From NCBI GenBank assembly GCA_965240325.2, contig OZ251252.1, forward strand, positions 682,001 through 746,000: 64,000 nucleotides of DNA. The letters run 5' to 3'. The translations under genes and the position numbers were made by a program. Below, one piece after another: positions 11,347 through 23,313 of the stretch. The notes beneath the pieces were generated by a model that was given only the letters and a program-made list of their open reading frames with translations, was not told the origin of the DNA and did no database searches. Each line of letters opens with the position of its first letter. Within the stretch, counting starts at the first letter, position 1. The stretch is from Rebecca billardiae RCC1528. Its lineage: Eukaryota; Protista; Haptophyta.

Positions 11347-12694
11347 GAATAAGAGACGCACACAGCTCAGGGCCTCAGGCAGAACCAGTCGGAGAGTTCG
11401 GACGACGACGTTTTGTGGACGACGTTGGGGCGAGGACGACGGGCGCTGGCGCGCCGCGAGGCGGCCGCAGCCCTCATCCAGGCCTCGCAGGCGGACGGCT
11501 GGATGAATTTTCCGATGACGAATCCGACGGCGCTACCATCGGCGACGGCTTCAAGGGCGGTGACAGTTGGCGGGCGTCAATCGCGCCTGCCTGAGCTGTG
11601 TGCGTCTCTTATTCTTAGTGAACTGTACAGTTTACTAGCTATGCTTTAACGTCGTGCACACTTGGTGACGAAGGCGCGTACGTATAGTTAGTGATTGACG
11701 CGCCATCCAACACTGCACACTGCTGCAGCTGAAGACACCGCGCTACAAAACAGACCGGCGCAGGCAGGTGAGGGGCGCGTTGCCACAGTACTAAGTACTT
11801 CCGTCATCAACTCCTCACCCGGAAGCGCGAAAGCTGGCTGCTGCAAAATGAACTCACTCGCTGCTCCTGATCCTGCATGATGCCGGTGTCGACAGAAAGA
11901 ATGATGCCAGTCAGTAGTTAGATGCCAGCATAGTGTACATTGTACAACCCCCCTCACCTAGCGCGATGGCGAGGCGGGCCAACTGGCCTGCGCCCTCCAG
12001 GCGGCCGGCCAGGCGGCCGGGCGCCCCTCCGACTCCGCCGCCGCGGGCCGCGCGCCGCCGGAGCCCGTGTCGTGGTGCCGCCCCGGCAGGAGTCCGGGAC
12101 TGCCCGGAGACGGTCGGGGGCGGATGTCGGATGACGCGGAGGGCGGCGTGACGGAGGCCACCGTCGTCTCGACTCCTCGTCGTCATCGGCGCCTTATCAG
12201 AAACATCCCGGATATTATCAGCGCCGGCGCCGCTGCCTGCTGGGCCTGGCAGTCGCAGTGGCTGGCCGCGCCGACAGTGGGCAGCGATCGGCCGCCCCCG
12301 CGCCGCGCCGATTGGCGTGCGCGCTGCGGCGGATGCCAGCGCAGCAATTATTCGCCGCCGCTGGCCCGAATGGCAGGCCGCGCCCCGCCAGGTGCGGCGC
12401 AGGTGCGGCGCCGGCCGTCAGTCAGATCGGCAGCGCAACGCGGAGTCAGATCAGCTGCGGTCGTAACCGCCTGACGGCCCGGGAGTCACTGACGCGGCCG
12501 CCCGCGCGCCGTCGCGCGCCTGCACTCTGCAGTCTTACTACTCGTCAATCTGATTAGTGGCGCAGCGCGGCACGCCCCGTGACTCGTTTAATGCAATATA
12601 CTATATATATACTTATTTAATATATATATACTTATTTAATATATATATATTATATATATAATATATACTCGCTGCTGTCGCAACATCATCAATA

Positions 12695-12797
<103 letters not shown>

Positions 12798-12824
12798 GAT
12801 ATATGTAGCAGTAGTAGCAGCATA

Positions 12825-13838
12825 CTAAGACTGTGAGCCGTGGCACTGTCTCGCACTCGCAGCAGCGGCCTGCGCCTCCTCGTCGCCCCGCCGCCGGCGG
12901 CCCGCGGACGCCGCCACGCCCGCCGCCGGCGAGAGTGACTTGCTATCCCGCTGCTGCTTTCCCCGTGTCGTCTTGCGCTTCGCAGCAGGGCCCGGCCCTT
13001 TGACCAATGGCCCATGCGGCGTGCTCCCTGCGCTCGTGTTTGCAAAGTTCCGGTGCGGGAAGGCATGCGCGCACGCGCACTCTGGATCCTGCCTCCCGGG
13101 CACGCCCAGGAACTCGCAAATGGCAGCCGAGGCATTCCACGGGTCAGTGGCTGCGAGGTCGACTTCAAATAAACGGCCAGTGCCTGCCAGCAGCCGCCGC
13201 ACCGCCGAGTTGTGCCTGCGCAGCACGCTGACCGCACGCTCGAACTCGAGTGGCCCCCCCAGCAGCCTCTCATAGGCGCCGCGCTTCCCGGGCCAGACGA
13301 CCGTCACCCAGTTGGTCACGCTCGCGTACCACGCGTCCTCGGCGCGCGTGGTGAGGATGAAGCGCGTGCTCGGCAGCGCCTCGTTCATCGCGCGCACGGC
13401 TTCGATCTGGCAGCAGAAGGGCGAGTCCTCGTACGCATGGCACGCGCTCGACGCTCGCAGCAAGCTTGTCCAATTGTACCCGCTCGTCGTGTTGGCGAAG
13501 AGCCGCTCGATGTCGCGGCGAGGGACGCCCTTCATCTTGGGGCCGAAGCCGATCGATGTGAGGAATTTGCCCAGCGATGTGGTCCCGGTCTTCTTGAAGC
13601 CTACGCCGACCACCTTGAAGGGAGGCTCCGCCAGCTCTGCCGGGCGCGGCGCGCACACGTACCGCGAGAGCTCGGGGTCTGCCAGGTCGGAGGGCGGCGG
13701 CGGCGTCGTCCCGACGGCAGCCGGAGCTAAAGCGGCGGCTGCTGGGACCGGTCGTGATGATGGCAGCGCTGCCGAGAAGAACAACGCCGCAGCGGCAGCG
13801 AGAGGTGCCGGTCGAGCGGCTCGGCGCACGTCTGCCAT
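12825..13838 (-). CDS. Sulfotransferase-family protein (Sulfotransfer_4-like P-loop)
   Basis: KVVGVGFKKTGTTSLGKFL, YEDSPF, RFILTTRAEDAWYASV, FPHRN; hydrophobic N-terminus from MADVRR. Confidence 0.85.
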   Translation of the reverse strand: MADVRRAARPAPLAAAAALFFSAALPSSRPVPAAAALAPAAVGTTPPPPSDLADPELSRYVCAPRPAELAEPPFKVVGVGFKKTGTTSLGKFLTSIGFGPKMKGVPRRDIERLFANTTSGYNWTSLLRASSACHAYEDSPFCCQIEAVRAMNEALPSTRFILTTRAEDAWYASVTNWVTVVWPGKRGAYERLLGGPLEFERAVSVLRRHNSAVRRLLAGTGRLFEVDLAATDPWNASAAICEFLGVPGRQDPECACAHAFPHRNFANTSAGSTPHGPLVKGPGPAAKRKTTRGKQQRDSKSLSPAAGVAASAGRRRRGDEEAQAAAASARQCHGSQS

Positions 13839-13994
13839 TGTGCCGACGCGATGCTGAGTTGCGACTTGCAATTCTGCAAAGCGTCATCTGAAAAAGCCCT
13901 GCTGCAAAGCGGTACGGTACCGGTGCGGTATTGTACGAGTATTACTTGGAGGGCATACATGATACACTTTCCACTTTACTACTACGGTAAGATA

Positions 13995-14021
13995 ATAAGA
14001 GACGCACACAGCTCAGGCAGG
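13995..14021 (+). mobile_element. Relic of the Tc1-type TIR (ATAAGAGACGCACACAGCTCAGGCAGG)
   Basis: Identical to the core of 4518-4560. Confidence 0.7.
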
Positions 14022-14039
14022 GAGACAGTATCATCAGTG

Positions 14040-16211
14040 ATGGCTGGCGGCACAGCGCGCCTGCTCGGCGCCGTCTTGCTCGCCGCGCTGGGCGTGTACG
14101 CCGGCGGAAAGGGGCCCGCGGGGATGTGGGTCGTCGACGAGCGCTTCGTCGTCGTCGCCGACAAGTTTACCGAAGCGCTGCTTCTCATCGAGATGCCCGC
14201 GGGTGCTGTGCGCGCAGGCATCCCGATCTCGGCGGGACACGGCTCGCCGTCGGATGATGAGCCCAGGGCGGGCGCTCTCGTCGGGGTGGCGAGCTGCAGG
14301 GAGTGCCCGTTCATCTACGCGACCTCGCTGCACGCGCTCCACAGAGTCGAGATCGGCCGGCCCCTCGCGCGCATCTGCGCCGACCGTGCGTTCGAAGAGC
14401 TGCGGAGCGCGCGGCTGATCAGCATGGCCGCCGTGCTCAGGGGCGACGGTGGAGGGGACGAGGGCTCGCGCGAGAAGACGGCGGGCTGCCCCTACTTCAA
14501 GGCGATTCACCTCTCGCAGCCCGACGCCAAGCTCGCGCTGGTCGCCGACCCTGGGCGCGGCGTTCTAACCTTCGACGCGTGGCCGCGGACGCGCGCGGGC
14601 GCGACGGCTGGCAGGGACGTGGCATGGCGCCTCGAGCTGTGGACGCTCGTGCCGAGCTCAGCGCTCGGGCGTCAGCCGGTGGCGTCGGTCAAGCTGTTCC
14701 CGCCCGTGGCGACCGAGGACGGCGCCATGGCCTTGGCGCGGCTTCTCGTGACCACGAAGAGTGAAGTCTGGCAGTTCACAGTCCGCGGGAGCGCCACAAC
14801 CGTCGGCGCCGCGGCTGTTGTCGGCACGGGCGCGGCGCTCGGTGTGTCACGAGCGTGCGGCAAAGGGCGTAGCTCGCGCTTTGGCTGGCGAGACGCGACG
14901 TGGGAGGATGCGGCGGGCGGCGGGCCACGCCTCCTCGCCGTCGGCAAGCTGCGCACATCAAAGGCGGGGGGGCCGTCCGAGACGCACGCCGAGGCGACGC
15001 GCAACCGTGCCGACTCCCAGGCTGACTCCCGGGCTGACTCACTGGGGGCTGACTCCCGAAGGAATGGGCGGCCGTCCCAGACCCAGACGGACGAAGATGA
15101 CGCGACCAACGAGACCGACGGCGAGTTGACCAACGGCATGGCGGTCTTCGAGCTGTGGACCAGCTCGGCTGCGTCCACCGCCGCCGACGGACGCCCGGGT
15201 GCTGCGTGGGAGAATAATAAAAATAACGGCTCTGCTTCGGCACCGAGCGTCGCGACGCGGTGCGTACCGCTTGCCGGCCGCGCGGGCGGACCCATCGACT
15301 GGCGCGACGGCGCTGGGCCGAGTGCGCGCTTCTCGCGGCCGCACGGCCTCGCCCTCTCGGCGCGCGCCGACGCGCTGCTCCTCACGGACATCGACAGCCG
15401 CGTGCTGCGCGCCGTCGACCTCGGCGTCGCGACGCCGGCACGCCGAGGGCATGTCTGGACGATCGCCTACGCCGACGACGGGCCGACGAGCAGATGGCTG
15501 TTCGACGCGCTGCACGGCAACTCAAGCGCAGCCGCGCCGCTCAGCCGGGAGCGCGTGGTGGTGGCGGCGGCACGCACCGAGCGTGCCGACGAGAGCACGG
15601 CCGCCGCCACAGCGCGCGGCGCTGCGCAGCGGTGCGCGGAGGCGGGTGCCAATCTCTGCAGCCTGCGCGCACTCCGAGCGGACGCGGCCGAGGTCGCGGC
15701 CCACGCGGCGCGCTCGGGGCTCCGCTCTGCGAGCGTGTGGCTGTCGCAGCTGTGCCGATCGTGCTGGCTCAAGCGCGCCGGCGCGGAGTGCGCGCCGCCG
15801 ACGCCCGCGGGGTCGGAGGGGGGCGCCGTCCGCGCGGCCGACGGCGGGCAGCGCGCGCTCGCCTCTGGACCTGCGTCGGCCGATCGCGCGCGCACATCGG
15901 ACCGGGTCGGCGCGTGGGGCAGCTTGCACATGCTGGCAGTGGTTGGGGCCACCGCCACCGCCGGTGCTGCCACTGCCAGCAACGACTCGTCGGTAACATC
16001 GCCACGCCTACAGCTGTGGTGCGTCCCTGGCCTCAGCGAGGCGGACACGCCTCAGGCGGATTCTATCGGCCGCGGCCGGCTGTCTGGCCGTGCAGGCCGG
16101 CTCGGCACGGTGTGCTGCGACCAAGGCGGACCCGAACGCCCCCCAAGCGCCGTGGTCGTGGCGGCAGCCCAGGGCCATCCAGCGGCCCGCCTGACAGACT
16201 CGTCAGTCTAG
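14040..16211 (+). CDS. Secreted protein with an NHL-like repeat
   Basis: Signal peptide MAGGTARLLGAVLLAALG; RDGAGPSARFSRPHGLALSARADALLLTDIDSRVLRAVDL. Confidence 0.65.
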   Translation: MAGGTARLLGAVLLAALGVYAGGKGPAGMWVVDERFVVVADKFTEALLLIEMPAGAVRAGIPISAGHGSPSDDEPRAGALVGVASCRECPFIYATSLHALHRVEIGRPLARICADRAFEELRSARLISMAAVLRGDGGGDEGSREKTAGCPYFKAIHLSQPDAKLALVADPGRGVLTFDAWPRTRAGATAGRDVAWRLELWTLVPSSALGRQPVASVKLFPPVATEDGAMALARLLVTTKSEVWQFTVRGSATTVGAAAVVGTGAALGVSRACGKGRSSRFGWRDATWEDAAGGGPRLLAVGKLRTSKAGGPSETHAEATRNRADSQADSRADSLGADSRRNGRPSQTQTDEDDATNETDGELTNGMAVFELWTSSAASTAADGRPGAAWENNKNNGSASAPSVATRCVPLAGRAGGPIDWRDGAGPSARFSRPHGLALSARADALLLTDIDSRVLRAVDLGVATPARRGHVWTIAYADDGPTSRWLFDALHGNSSAAAPLSRERVVVAAARTERADESTAAATARGAAQRCAEAGANLCSLRALRADAAEVAAHAARSGLRSASVWLSQLCRSCWLKRAGAECAPPTPAGSEGGAVRAADGGQRALASGPASADRARTSDRVGAWGSLHMLAVVGATATAGAATASNDSSVTSPRLQLWCVPGLSEADTPQADSIGRGRLSGRAGRLGTVCCDQGGPERPPSAVVVAAAQGHPAARLTDSSV

Positions 16212-17582
16212 CCGAGGTCCGACCGGGCCGCCTACCGAGTCCGAGTGGCTGGAAGTTACCGGGTACGTGCGGCCACTCCGCTCGGACCCGCGGCGGCCGC
16301 GGCCGACTTCCGGGCCCGCGCGGGCCGTCGGTGCCCCCCGTAGTACGGCGGACTCGGGCCGCCGCAACTACTTATGATGACTATACTGCTATACTACTAC
16401 TGCTAGCGGGGCCGCGGGTTCGTTATCAGTCAGGCATGCTGGCGGAGTCGGGCCCGCCGCCACTCCGCCGCTCGCGGCTCGCCGGCGGCTGGCGGCACGG
16501 CGGCGTGATGACGGCGGCGACGACGCCGGCAGATTGATGATTGACGAGATTCAGATTAGCCGCCGCGCGGCCGCGAGCGGCGCGCGCGGGCCTCGCGAGC
16601 GCCTTAATTCGGAGTGGCCGCGGGTAAGCCGCCTGACCCTGCGGTACTGGTAGTCAGTGGCCGATGACTTCGTCGATCGATAATCCGAGACGGGCGGTGA
16701 GTGGTCCGCGGAGTGTCAGTGACGCGGGCTTCGTAAGGCGCGGTTCGTTCGGCACGATATAGCTAAGTACCGTAATAATAATTACCGGTATATATATATC
16801 CGGATGCCGTCAGCGCCGCCGCCGGCCCTACCTACGCGGCGCCGCTGACTGCTGAGTAACTCCGAGCCTCGCGCTCAGCACCTGCGCCGTAGTCCGGATC
16901 CGACAGGTGCCGCGGGTCGGACCCACTCTCTTCGGACCGACTTCGTCAGTACACGCCCGGGATGATGCGCTGTGCCTGTAGTCGGAGAGTAGTTCCCGGC
17001 GGCCCGCACCCCGGCGAGCGGCGCCGCAGCTCGGCCGTGCTAAGGCGGTGCCCGAGGCCGCGCGGGCAGCCGCGCGCGCGGCTCCGCTGAACCTGAGTCG
17101 GAGAGTCATAGGACTCAGGCGCCAGTGAGACTACGAGTGAGTAAATATATATATATAGTGCCAGACGGTTGCCCCGGCGCAGCCCGCTGCGCCCAGCCGC
17201 CGGCCGCCAGTCTAAGCCGGCGCGGCGGGGCATGCACCTGCTTAATGCTATATATATATATGATGGGGCGGGACACGTGGCGCGCGCGCCTCAGCGCGCC
17301 CTCGCGCCCCGCCGCCGAGCGCGCGCTGCTCGGCACCATGCGGCGCGAGCTGGGCATGCGCTGCCTGCGTGGCCAGGCCAAGATGCTCATCGCCCGCGCG
17401 CGCATGGCGCACGTGCGCCCAGGGGCACGCGCCCGGGGGGGCGCTGCGTACGACGACTACTTCGAGACGACGGCTGACGACGCGTGGCACCGCGACCACC
17501 GCCGTGACCGCGGTGGCGCGCGCGCGTCGACGCCAGACGGTGCGTCGAGCTTCCGCTCGGCGATGGAGTGATGGGCGACTAC

Positions 17583-17584
<2 letters not shown>

Positions 17585-17626
<42 letters not shown>
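17585..17626 (+). repeat. Poly-G tract (~42 nt)
   Basis: Direct reading. Confidence 0.9.
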
Positions 17627-17628
<2 letters not shown>

Positions 17629-18184
17629 GGCGAGGAGCGCTGATCCGCCTGGTGTTTGTCTCTGCTGCTCGATCTGCTGCTACTACAGCTTGCTGACTCT
17701 GACGCCTGCCCGTTCAGCTGATACCACGTCGTTATATATATAAGTAGAGGGGTCTGAGAGCCCCACTGGGGCGCGGGGTGCGTGGCCCAAAATCCAACTT
17801 CCTGTCGTCTTGAGATGAGGCTCTCAAACTTCGGGATGTCAATATTCGCCTGAAATGAGCTGGGGTCACGCTGACAAGTTTTGCGGAAAAATGTCACATA
17901 CTGGAGATATACGACCTCAATCTCGACGCGATCTCGGCAACATTAGTAGGGGAGATACACGATCTCCAAGGTGATCTCGCTATTTGCACCAGAATCGCAC
18001 CGTCTAGATCACATTTTGGCAGTCTGAAATTGGCACAGGCGGATTCTACACCCTGGAATTAAGCCTTAACGCCTACTAACTAGTTCGTCCAAGTAAATAT
18101 ACGACCCGTGTGATAGTTCATGCTATGAGATTTCGGGAGATTGTGGCACCCGAGAGTGTAACGGTCGGAGCTCTGACCCCACTA

Positions 18185-18379
<195 letters not shown>

Positions 18380-18843
18380 CACACACCGACACCGGATTAT
18401 AGGCTAGCGCTATATACGTTCGCGCGCCTAGTAGCGCAGCAGAGTCTATCGATCATCTGATGCCGCGTCGCCGCCGAGGCGCCCGACTGGCACGGACGGC
18501 GCCCGGCGGCGCTGACCCGCCGCCCCCGGGCCCGCGAAGACTTGGCGCACGTGATCCGCAAGCAAGTGAATGGCAGCGGCGGCGCGGCGGCGCGCAGCTG
18601 CCTGGCATCCGCGCCACAGGCGCAGGCCATCGCCGGACCTTGCCGCTGCTGCGTGCGGGCCGGCCTTGGCCGGATGGTATCATGGTTCCACCGGCGCGGC
18701 ACCACAGCCACATGCAGGCCGCGGTGGCGGCGTCGCCGAACCGCAGTTCAGCCTGAGCCCAGGACGACACCACAGCGCGGCGGCGCCCCATCAGGCCCCG
18801 CCCCGACTCACGCGCGCGCCGTGCGCGCCGCTCGCTCGCTCGC

Positions 18844-20686
18844 TCAGCGCGCGTCCGCGGGCGCCCACTCGTCCATCACCACCTTGCCGCCATCGCAGAC
18901 GCCGTAAAAGGCGAGCGGCCGCAGGTCGTCCTCCAGCTCCTCCATGAAGGATCCCGAGCCGTCGGTGGCGCCGCCGCCGTCGCCGGGCGCGCTGTAGAAG
19001 AGGCGCTGCTTGGCGGGGTCGAGCTTGAACACCGCGCAGCACACCAGCTTCAGCTTGGCCACCGTCAGCGACGAGGGCAGCTTCCGCTCCGTGTGCTTTG
19101 CGTCGACTGACTCGCCCGCCTTGCTCGTCAGAGTGAGGGTCACGAGAGACATGCCGAGCGTGCGGCCGCCGCCCTGCGCTTGCGGCAGCTGCGCGGCGTG
19201 CAGGCCGTGCACGCCGACGAGCGCGCGCCAGCGCGGGTTGGCGCGCAGGAACGGCTCCCACGCCGGCCCGAGCTCGGCGGGCAGGACTGGGTCCGGGGGG
19301 GGAGCAGCGTCCTCCTGCGCCTGCGGGCGCCGGCGGTGGGCCGATCCCAATTCGCATGGGCAGGCCGCGCGCGCGCGCGGGCGGGACAGGGGTGAGCGTC
19401 GGGCGCACGGCGCAGGCGCGCGACCGACCCGGCCCGCGCGCGCGCGCGCGCACCGCGCCCTCCCCGGCTGCCGCCACCGCCGGCTGCGCCGCCGTCGGCA
19501 GCGGCTCCGGATAGTGCTGAATCGACTGGCGCAAATAAAAGCGCTCGGCCGCCTCACGCTCGCGCCGCGAGACGGTGGCGCCGTTCAGCGCGTCGATGGA
19601 GCCGACGCGCGCGATGATCATCTGCCGCGCGACGGAGGCGCCGATCCCCTTCACCACCGGCGCGTCCTGCAACCTGCGCTCGCCGCGGCGCCGCGCAAGC
19701 GAGCGTGCGGCGAGCGCGCGGCGGCGCGCTCGGGTGAGGCGCACCGTAGGCAGCCGCGGCGCGCGGCGCGCGCGCGCGGCGGCGGTCGAGCGCGGCGGCG
19801 CACGGCGCCGGGGCGCGCACCGGAGCTCGCGCAGCGCGGGGAAGCGGTTGCACTGGTCGACGTCCTCCCAGCTGCCCAGCTGCGACTCGAGCAGGAAGAG
19901 GCGCTGCAGGGTGGCGAAGGGCGCGGCTGCGGTGGGCGCGGCCGCGGCGGCGGCGTCCGCCTCCGTGGCCTCGGCGGCGCCGTCGGCTGCGGCGGGCGCG
20001 TGGTCGTAGCGCACGTGGTCGATGGGGTTGGTGTTGAGCGAGAGCACCTCCAGCTTGGGCAGCGCACGCAGCCGCCACACGTCCTCCCACGAGCCCACCG
20101 AAGCGTTCTCAAGTAGCAGCGTGCGCAGGGCCGGGAAGATTGCGCCGAGATCGCGCTCGGCGGAGAGCGCCTGCTCGGCCTCGAGGTGGATGGGGTGGTC
20201 GGAGAGCTGGAGCTCCTCGAGCGCCGGCACCTGCGCGCAGATCTCGCACGCGTCCTTCCACGCGAGGCCCGTCTCGTTCAGCACGAGCGTGCGGAGCGCG
20301 CCGAACGTCGCGCCCACCGAGCTGATTGTAGCGGGCGGCGGCGGCGGCAGCGCGACGCGCACGAGCGAGAAGAAGCGGAGCGCGGGGAGCTCGCGCGCGA
20401 TCGCGAGCGCCGCGTCCCACCCGCCGATCGGATTGCCCGTCAGGTCGAGCTCCTCGATCTTCGGGCACGCGGCCGCGATCGCGCCCGGAGCGCCGCCGTT
20501 CGTCACGTCCGCGTCCTGCAGCACGACGCGCTCGAGGAGCTCGAGGTGCGTCTGCTTCACCATGTCGCGCGCGGAGAGGCCGGCCCGGCCGGCGAGCTCG
20601 CGGCAGCCCTCGACGCCCACCGAGCCCTCCTTGTACCGCGCGCGCAGCGCGTCGAGGAACGCGACGCCTTCAACCTCGTGCACCAT
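18844..20686 (-). CDS. TBCEL: Tubulin-specific chaperone E-like protein (LRR + C-terminal ubiquitin-like domain, no CAP-Gly); exons 20686-19821, 19673-19454, ~19320-18844
   Basis: FLDALRARY, CPKIEELDLTGN, LRTLVLNET, ARQMIIARV..LNGATVSRREREAAERFYL, KLPSSLTVAKLK, LEDDLRPLAFYGVCDG; GT-AG introns restore the frame. Confidence 0.85.
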
Positions 20687-20879
20687 GGCGCTCAACTGCC
20701 CGCCTGGCCAGTGCGCACCGAGGGAAGCAAGCCAACCGCCGCCACCGGTCACCGGACAAAAAGCCGGGCAGGCGCCCAACGGTCGGCTGTGCTGTGAGTG
20801 GTAACTATGGAGTATGGATGCCAGTTCAGTTAGTCAGCCGTCACACCATACTGTCTATAGGCTAGCTTAGCGCCGTCGG

Positions 20880-21713
20880 TTAGCTCGCGCCCCTTCCCCT
20901 CTTTGCGCGCAGAGTCGTTGGGGATGGCGGGCCGTTCTGAGGGCGAGGCTGCTTCGACTCTGGGAAGTTCGCTCTGAGCCCGAGCCCTGCCAGGCGGGCC
21001 GTCTCGCGGATGCGCGCACTGCGCGTGTTGCTGGTCTTAGCGGACTTGATCCACCACAGGATCCCCTTCTTGGACGAGGCGGGGAAGCCATCCCACCGCG
21101 CGCGCGCGCCGACAACCGCGCCAAGGGCCTCCGCCAGATCATCGGGCAGGAGCAGGGCCTCACACTCGTCCAGCACCGTCCAGCTGCCGTCGGCCTTGGC
21201 CGCCTCGATCGCTCGCTGCCCGGCAGGCCTCATCTTCCCACCGGCGACCATCCTCGCCGCGCGAGCCTTGGACAGCCGCGACCACACGCTCCCCTTCTTG
21301 CGAGGGCTCACTCGGATCATCGTCCGGTCGGCATCCACCGCGCGCCTCGTGCTGTCAATCCAACCAAAGCAGAGCGCCTCCTCGACGATGGCGTCCCAGC
21401 TGACGTAGTCGGGGTGGTGCTTCTTGCACGTGACGAGCCAGATCGACTCCCCCTGCCCGTGGTTGGCCTCCAGCCATGCCCGCCACTCGGCGCGACTCCG
21501 AACCTCGACCCGAGTGAGCGCGGCCTTCACGGTGGGCGTCGCTTCGGCAGGCGGCGGCGGCCGTCGGTGACGAGTGACGCTGGGGGCAGCCCGGCGGCTG
21601 GGCAGTGTGCAGGCCGACAGGCGCGCGGGAGCGCCGCGTGACACCGCCGGCACGACGACGGCCGTGAGTGCGTACCAGGCGCTTTTCGTCGGCGGGCGAT
21701 GCCTCGTCAGCAT
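20880..21713 (-). CDS. YdeI/OmpD-associated (OmdA) family protein with an N-terminal extension
   Basis: SRAEWRAWLEANH, VEEALCFGWIDST, SPRKKGSVWS, AGQRAIEAAKADGSW, WIKSAKTSNTRSARI. Confidence 0.88.
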   Translation of the reverse strand: MLTRHRPPTKSAWYALTAVVVPAVSRGAPARLSACTLPSRRAAPSVTRHRRPPPPAEATPTVKAALTRVEVRSRAEWRAWLEANHGQGESIWLVTCKKHHPDYVSWDAIVEEALCFGWIDSTRRAVDADRTMIRVSPRKKGSVWSRLSKARAARMVAGGKMRPAGQRAIEAAKADGSWTVLDECEALLLPDDLAEALGAVVGARARWDGFPASSKKGILWWIKSAKTSNTRSARIRETARLAGLGLRANFPESKQPRPQNGPPSPTTLRAKRGRGAS

Positions 21714-21873
21714 TTCCGGCCGGCGTCAGCCATCGTGGACAGGTTCGCTCGTGGAGTTGGAAAAAAAACGGTTACGCCCGCGCGGCGGTGGGCGCGAGAT
21801 TTTCGTCACTGCTGCTTGCTCCGCTCCTGGGCGTGAGCAGGCGTGAGGAGCGCCCCGGCGCGCGCCCAACGCA

Positions 21874-23220
21874 ATGGTCTTGGGCGCGGCGTCGGGCGCG
21901 ACGGCCCGGCTGCAGGAGTACGTCGGGCTGAAGCAGCTGGGCGAAGGCAGCTACGCGATCGTCTACGCCGCCACGCACGCCCCCACCGGCCGCCGCGTCG
22001 CGCTCAAGAAGTGCATTGATCGTTACGACCCAGAGGCGCCGATGCCCTCCCTCGCGCGCGAGCTGCGGCTGATGAAGAAGCTGCGGCACGACGACCTGAT
22101 CGAGCTGATCGACTCGTTCGTGGTCAAGTCGCGCCTCTTCATCGTCCTCGAGCTCGTCGAAGGCGGCAACCTGCTCCAGCTGCTCGAGGCGCACTCAGCC
22201 GGCCTGCCGCTGACCGATGTGTCCTCGTATACGCGCAGCCTCGCGCGCGCGCTCGCGTACGTGCACAGCCACGGGGTGATCCACCGCGACGTGAAGCCGG
22301 AGAACATACTCGTGGTGCCCGGCGCGCCGCTGCGCATCAAGCTCTGCGACTTTGGCGAGGCCGTCGAGCACGCGCCCGGCGCGCTCCGCACCGCGTATGT
22401 CTCGACGCGATGGTACCGCGCGCCCGAGCTGCTGAGTAACGGCCGACGTTACGGCGCGGCGGTGGACGTGTGGGCGGCGGCGTGCGTGGTGTACGAGATG
22501 ATGCTGGGCACGCCGCTCTTCGACGGCGCCACCGACGCCGCGCAGGCCGACAAGATCCACGCGACGCTCGGCGACGGCCCCGCGCTGCTCAAAAGCAAAC
22601 TCTCCGCCGTGCCGCTGCGCGCACAGAACCGGCCGCTGCCGCACGTGGAGCGCGTGGCGGAGGCGGCGAGCGAGCTGGTGCTCGCGTGCCTGGCGCGTGA
22701 GCCCGACGGCCGGCCGAGCGCCAAGGCGATGCTCGACTTTGACTTCCTCGGCGCGACACCTGGCCAGCCGTCGGCGGCGGCGAGGCCGCCGCCTGTGCAG
22801 CTAGGGGCAGGTCGGGCGGCAGCCATGCTGACGATGGCGGGTGAGCAGCCCGGCGCGGACGGCAGCGTGACGCCGCACCGGCAGCACCAGGGGGTGTCGC
22901 ACAAGCGGCAGCACATGCGCGTGCCCTCCGACCCGCGCCAGCCGCGCACGCCGCCGGGCGGCGCCACGCCCTCGCCGCCGCGCTCGGGCGGTCACACGCG
23001 CGCCGCTCTTAACTTCGGGAGCGTCGGCGGCAGCCCGGCGGTGGCTCGCAGCCCGCAGTTCAGCATCCCCGCGAACCCGTTCGCGCAGCAGCCGGCGGCG
23101 CACGCGGCACACGTCGCAGCGGGCGGGGCCCTGGGCTTCGACCTCGCGCCAAACCCCTTCGCCGCGCCCCTGAGCACCGCGGCCGCGCCGCCGCCTGCCG
23201 GCTCGCCGCCGCCGAGACGA

Positions 23221-23313
<93 letters not shown>

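Larger units (their letters stand above)
4564..11625. mobile_element. Tc1/mariner-type MITE (~290 bp without the nested copia), TA-flanked, left TIR split by the copia insertion
   Basis: TA-CAGTTTACTATAAGAATA[copia]GAATAAGAGACGCACACAGCTCAGG ... CCTGAGCTGTGTGCGTCTCTTATTCTTAGTGAACTG-TA. Confidence 0.75.
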
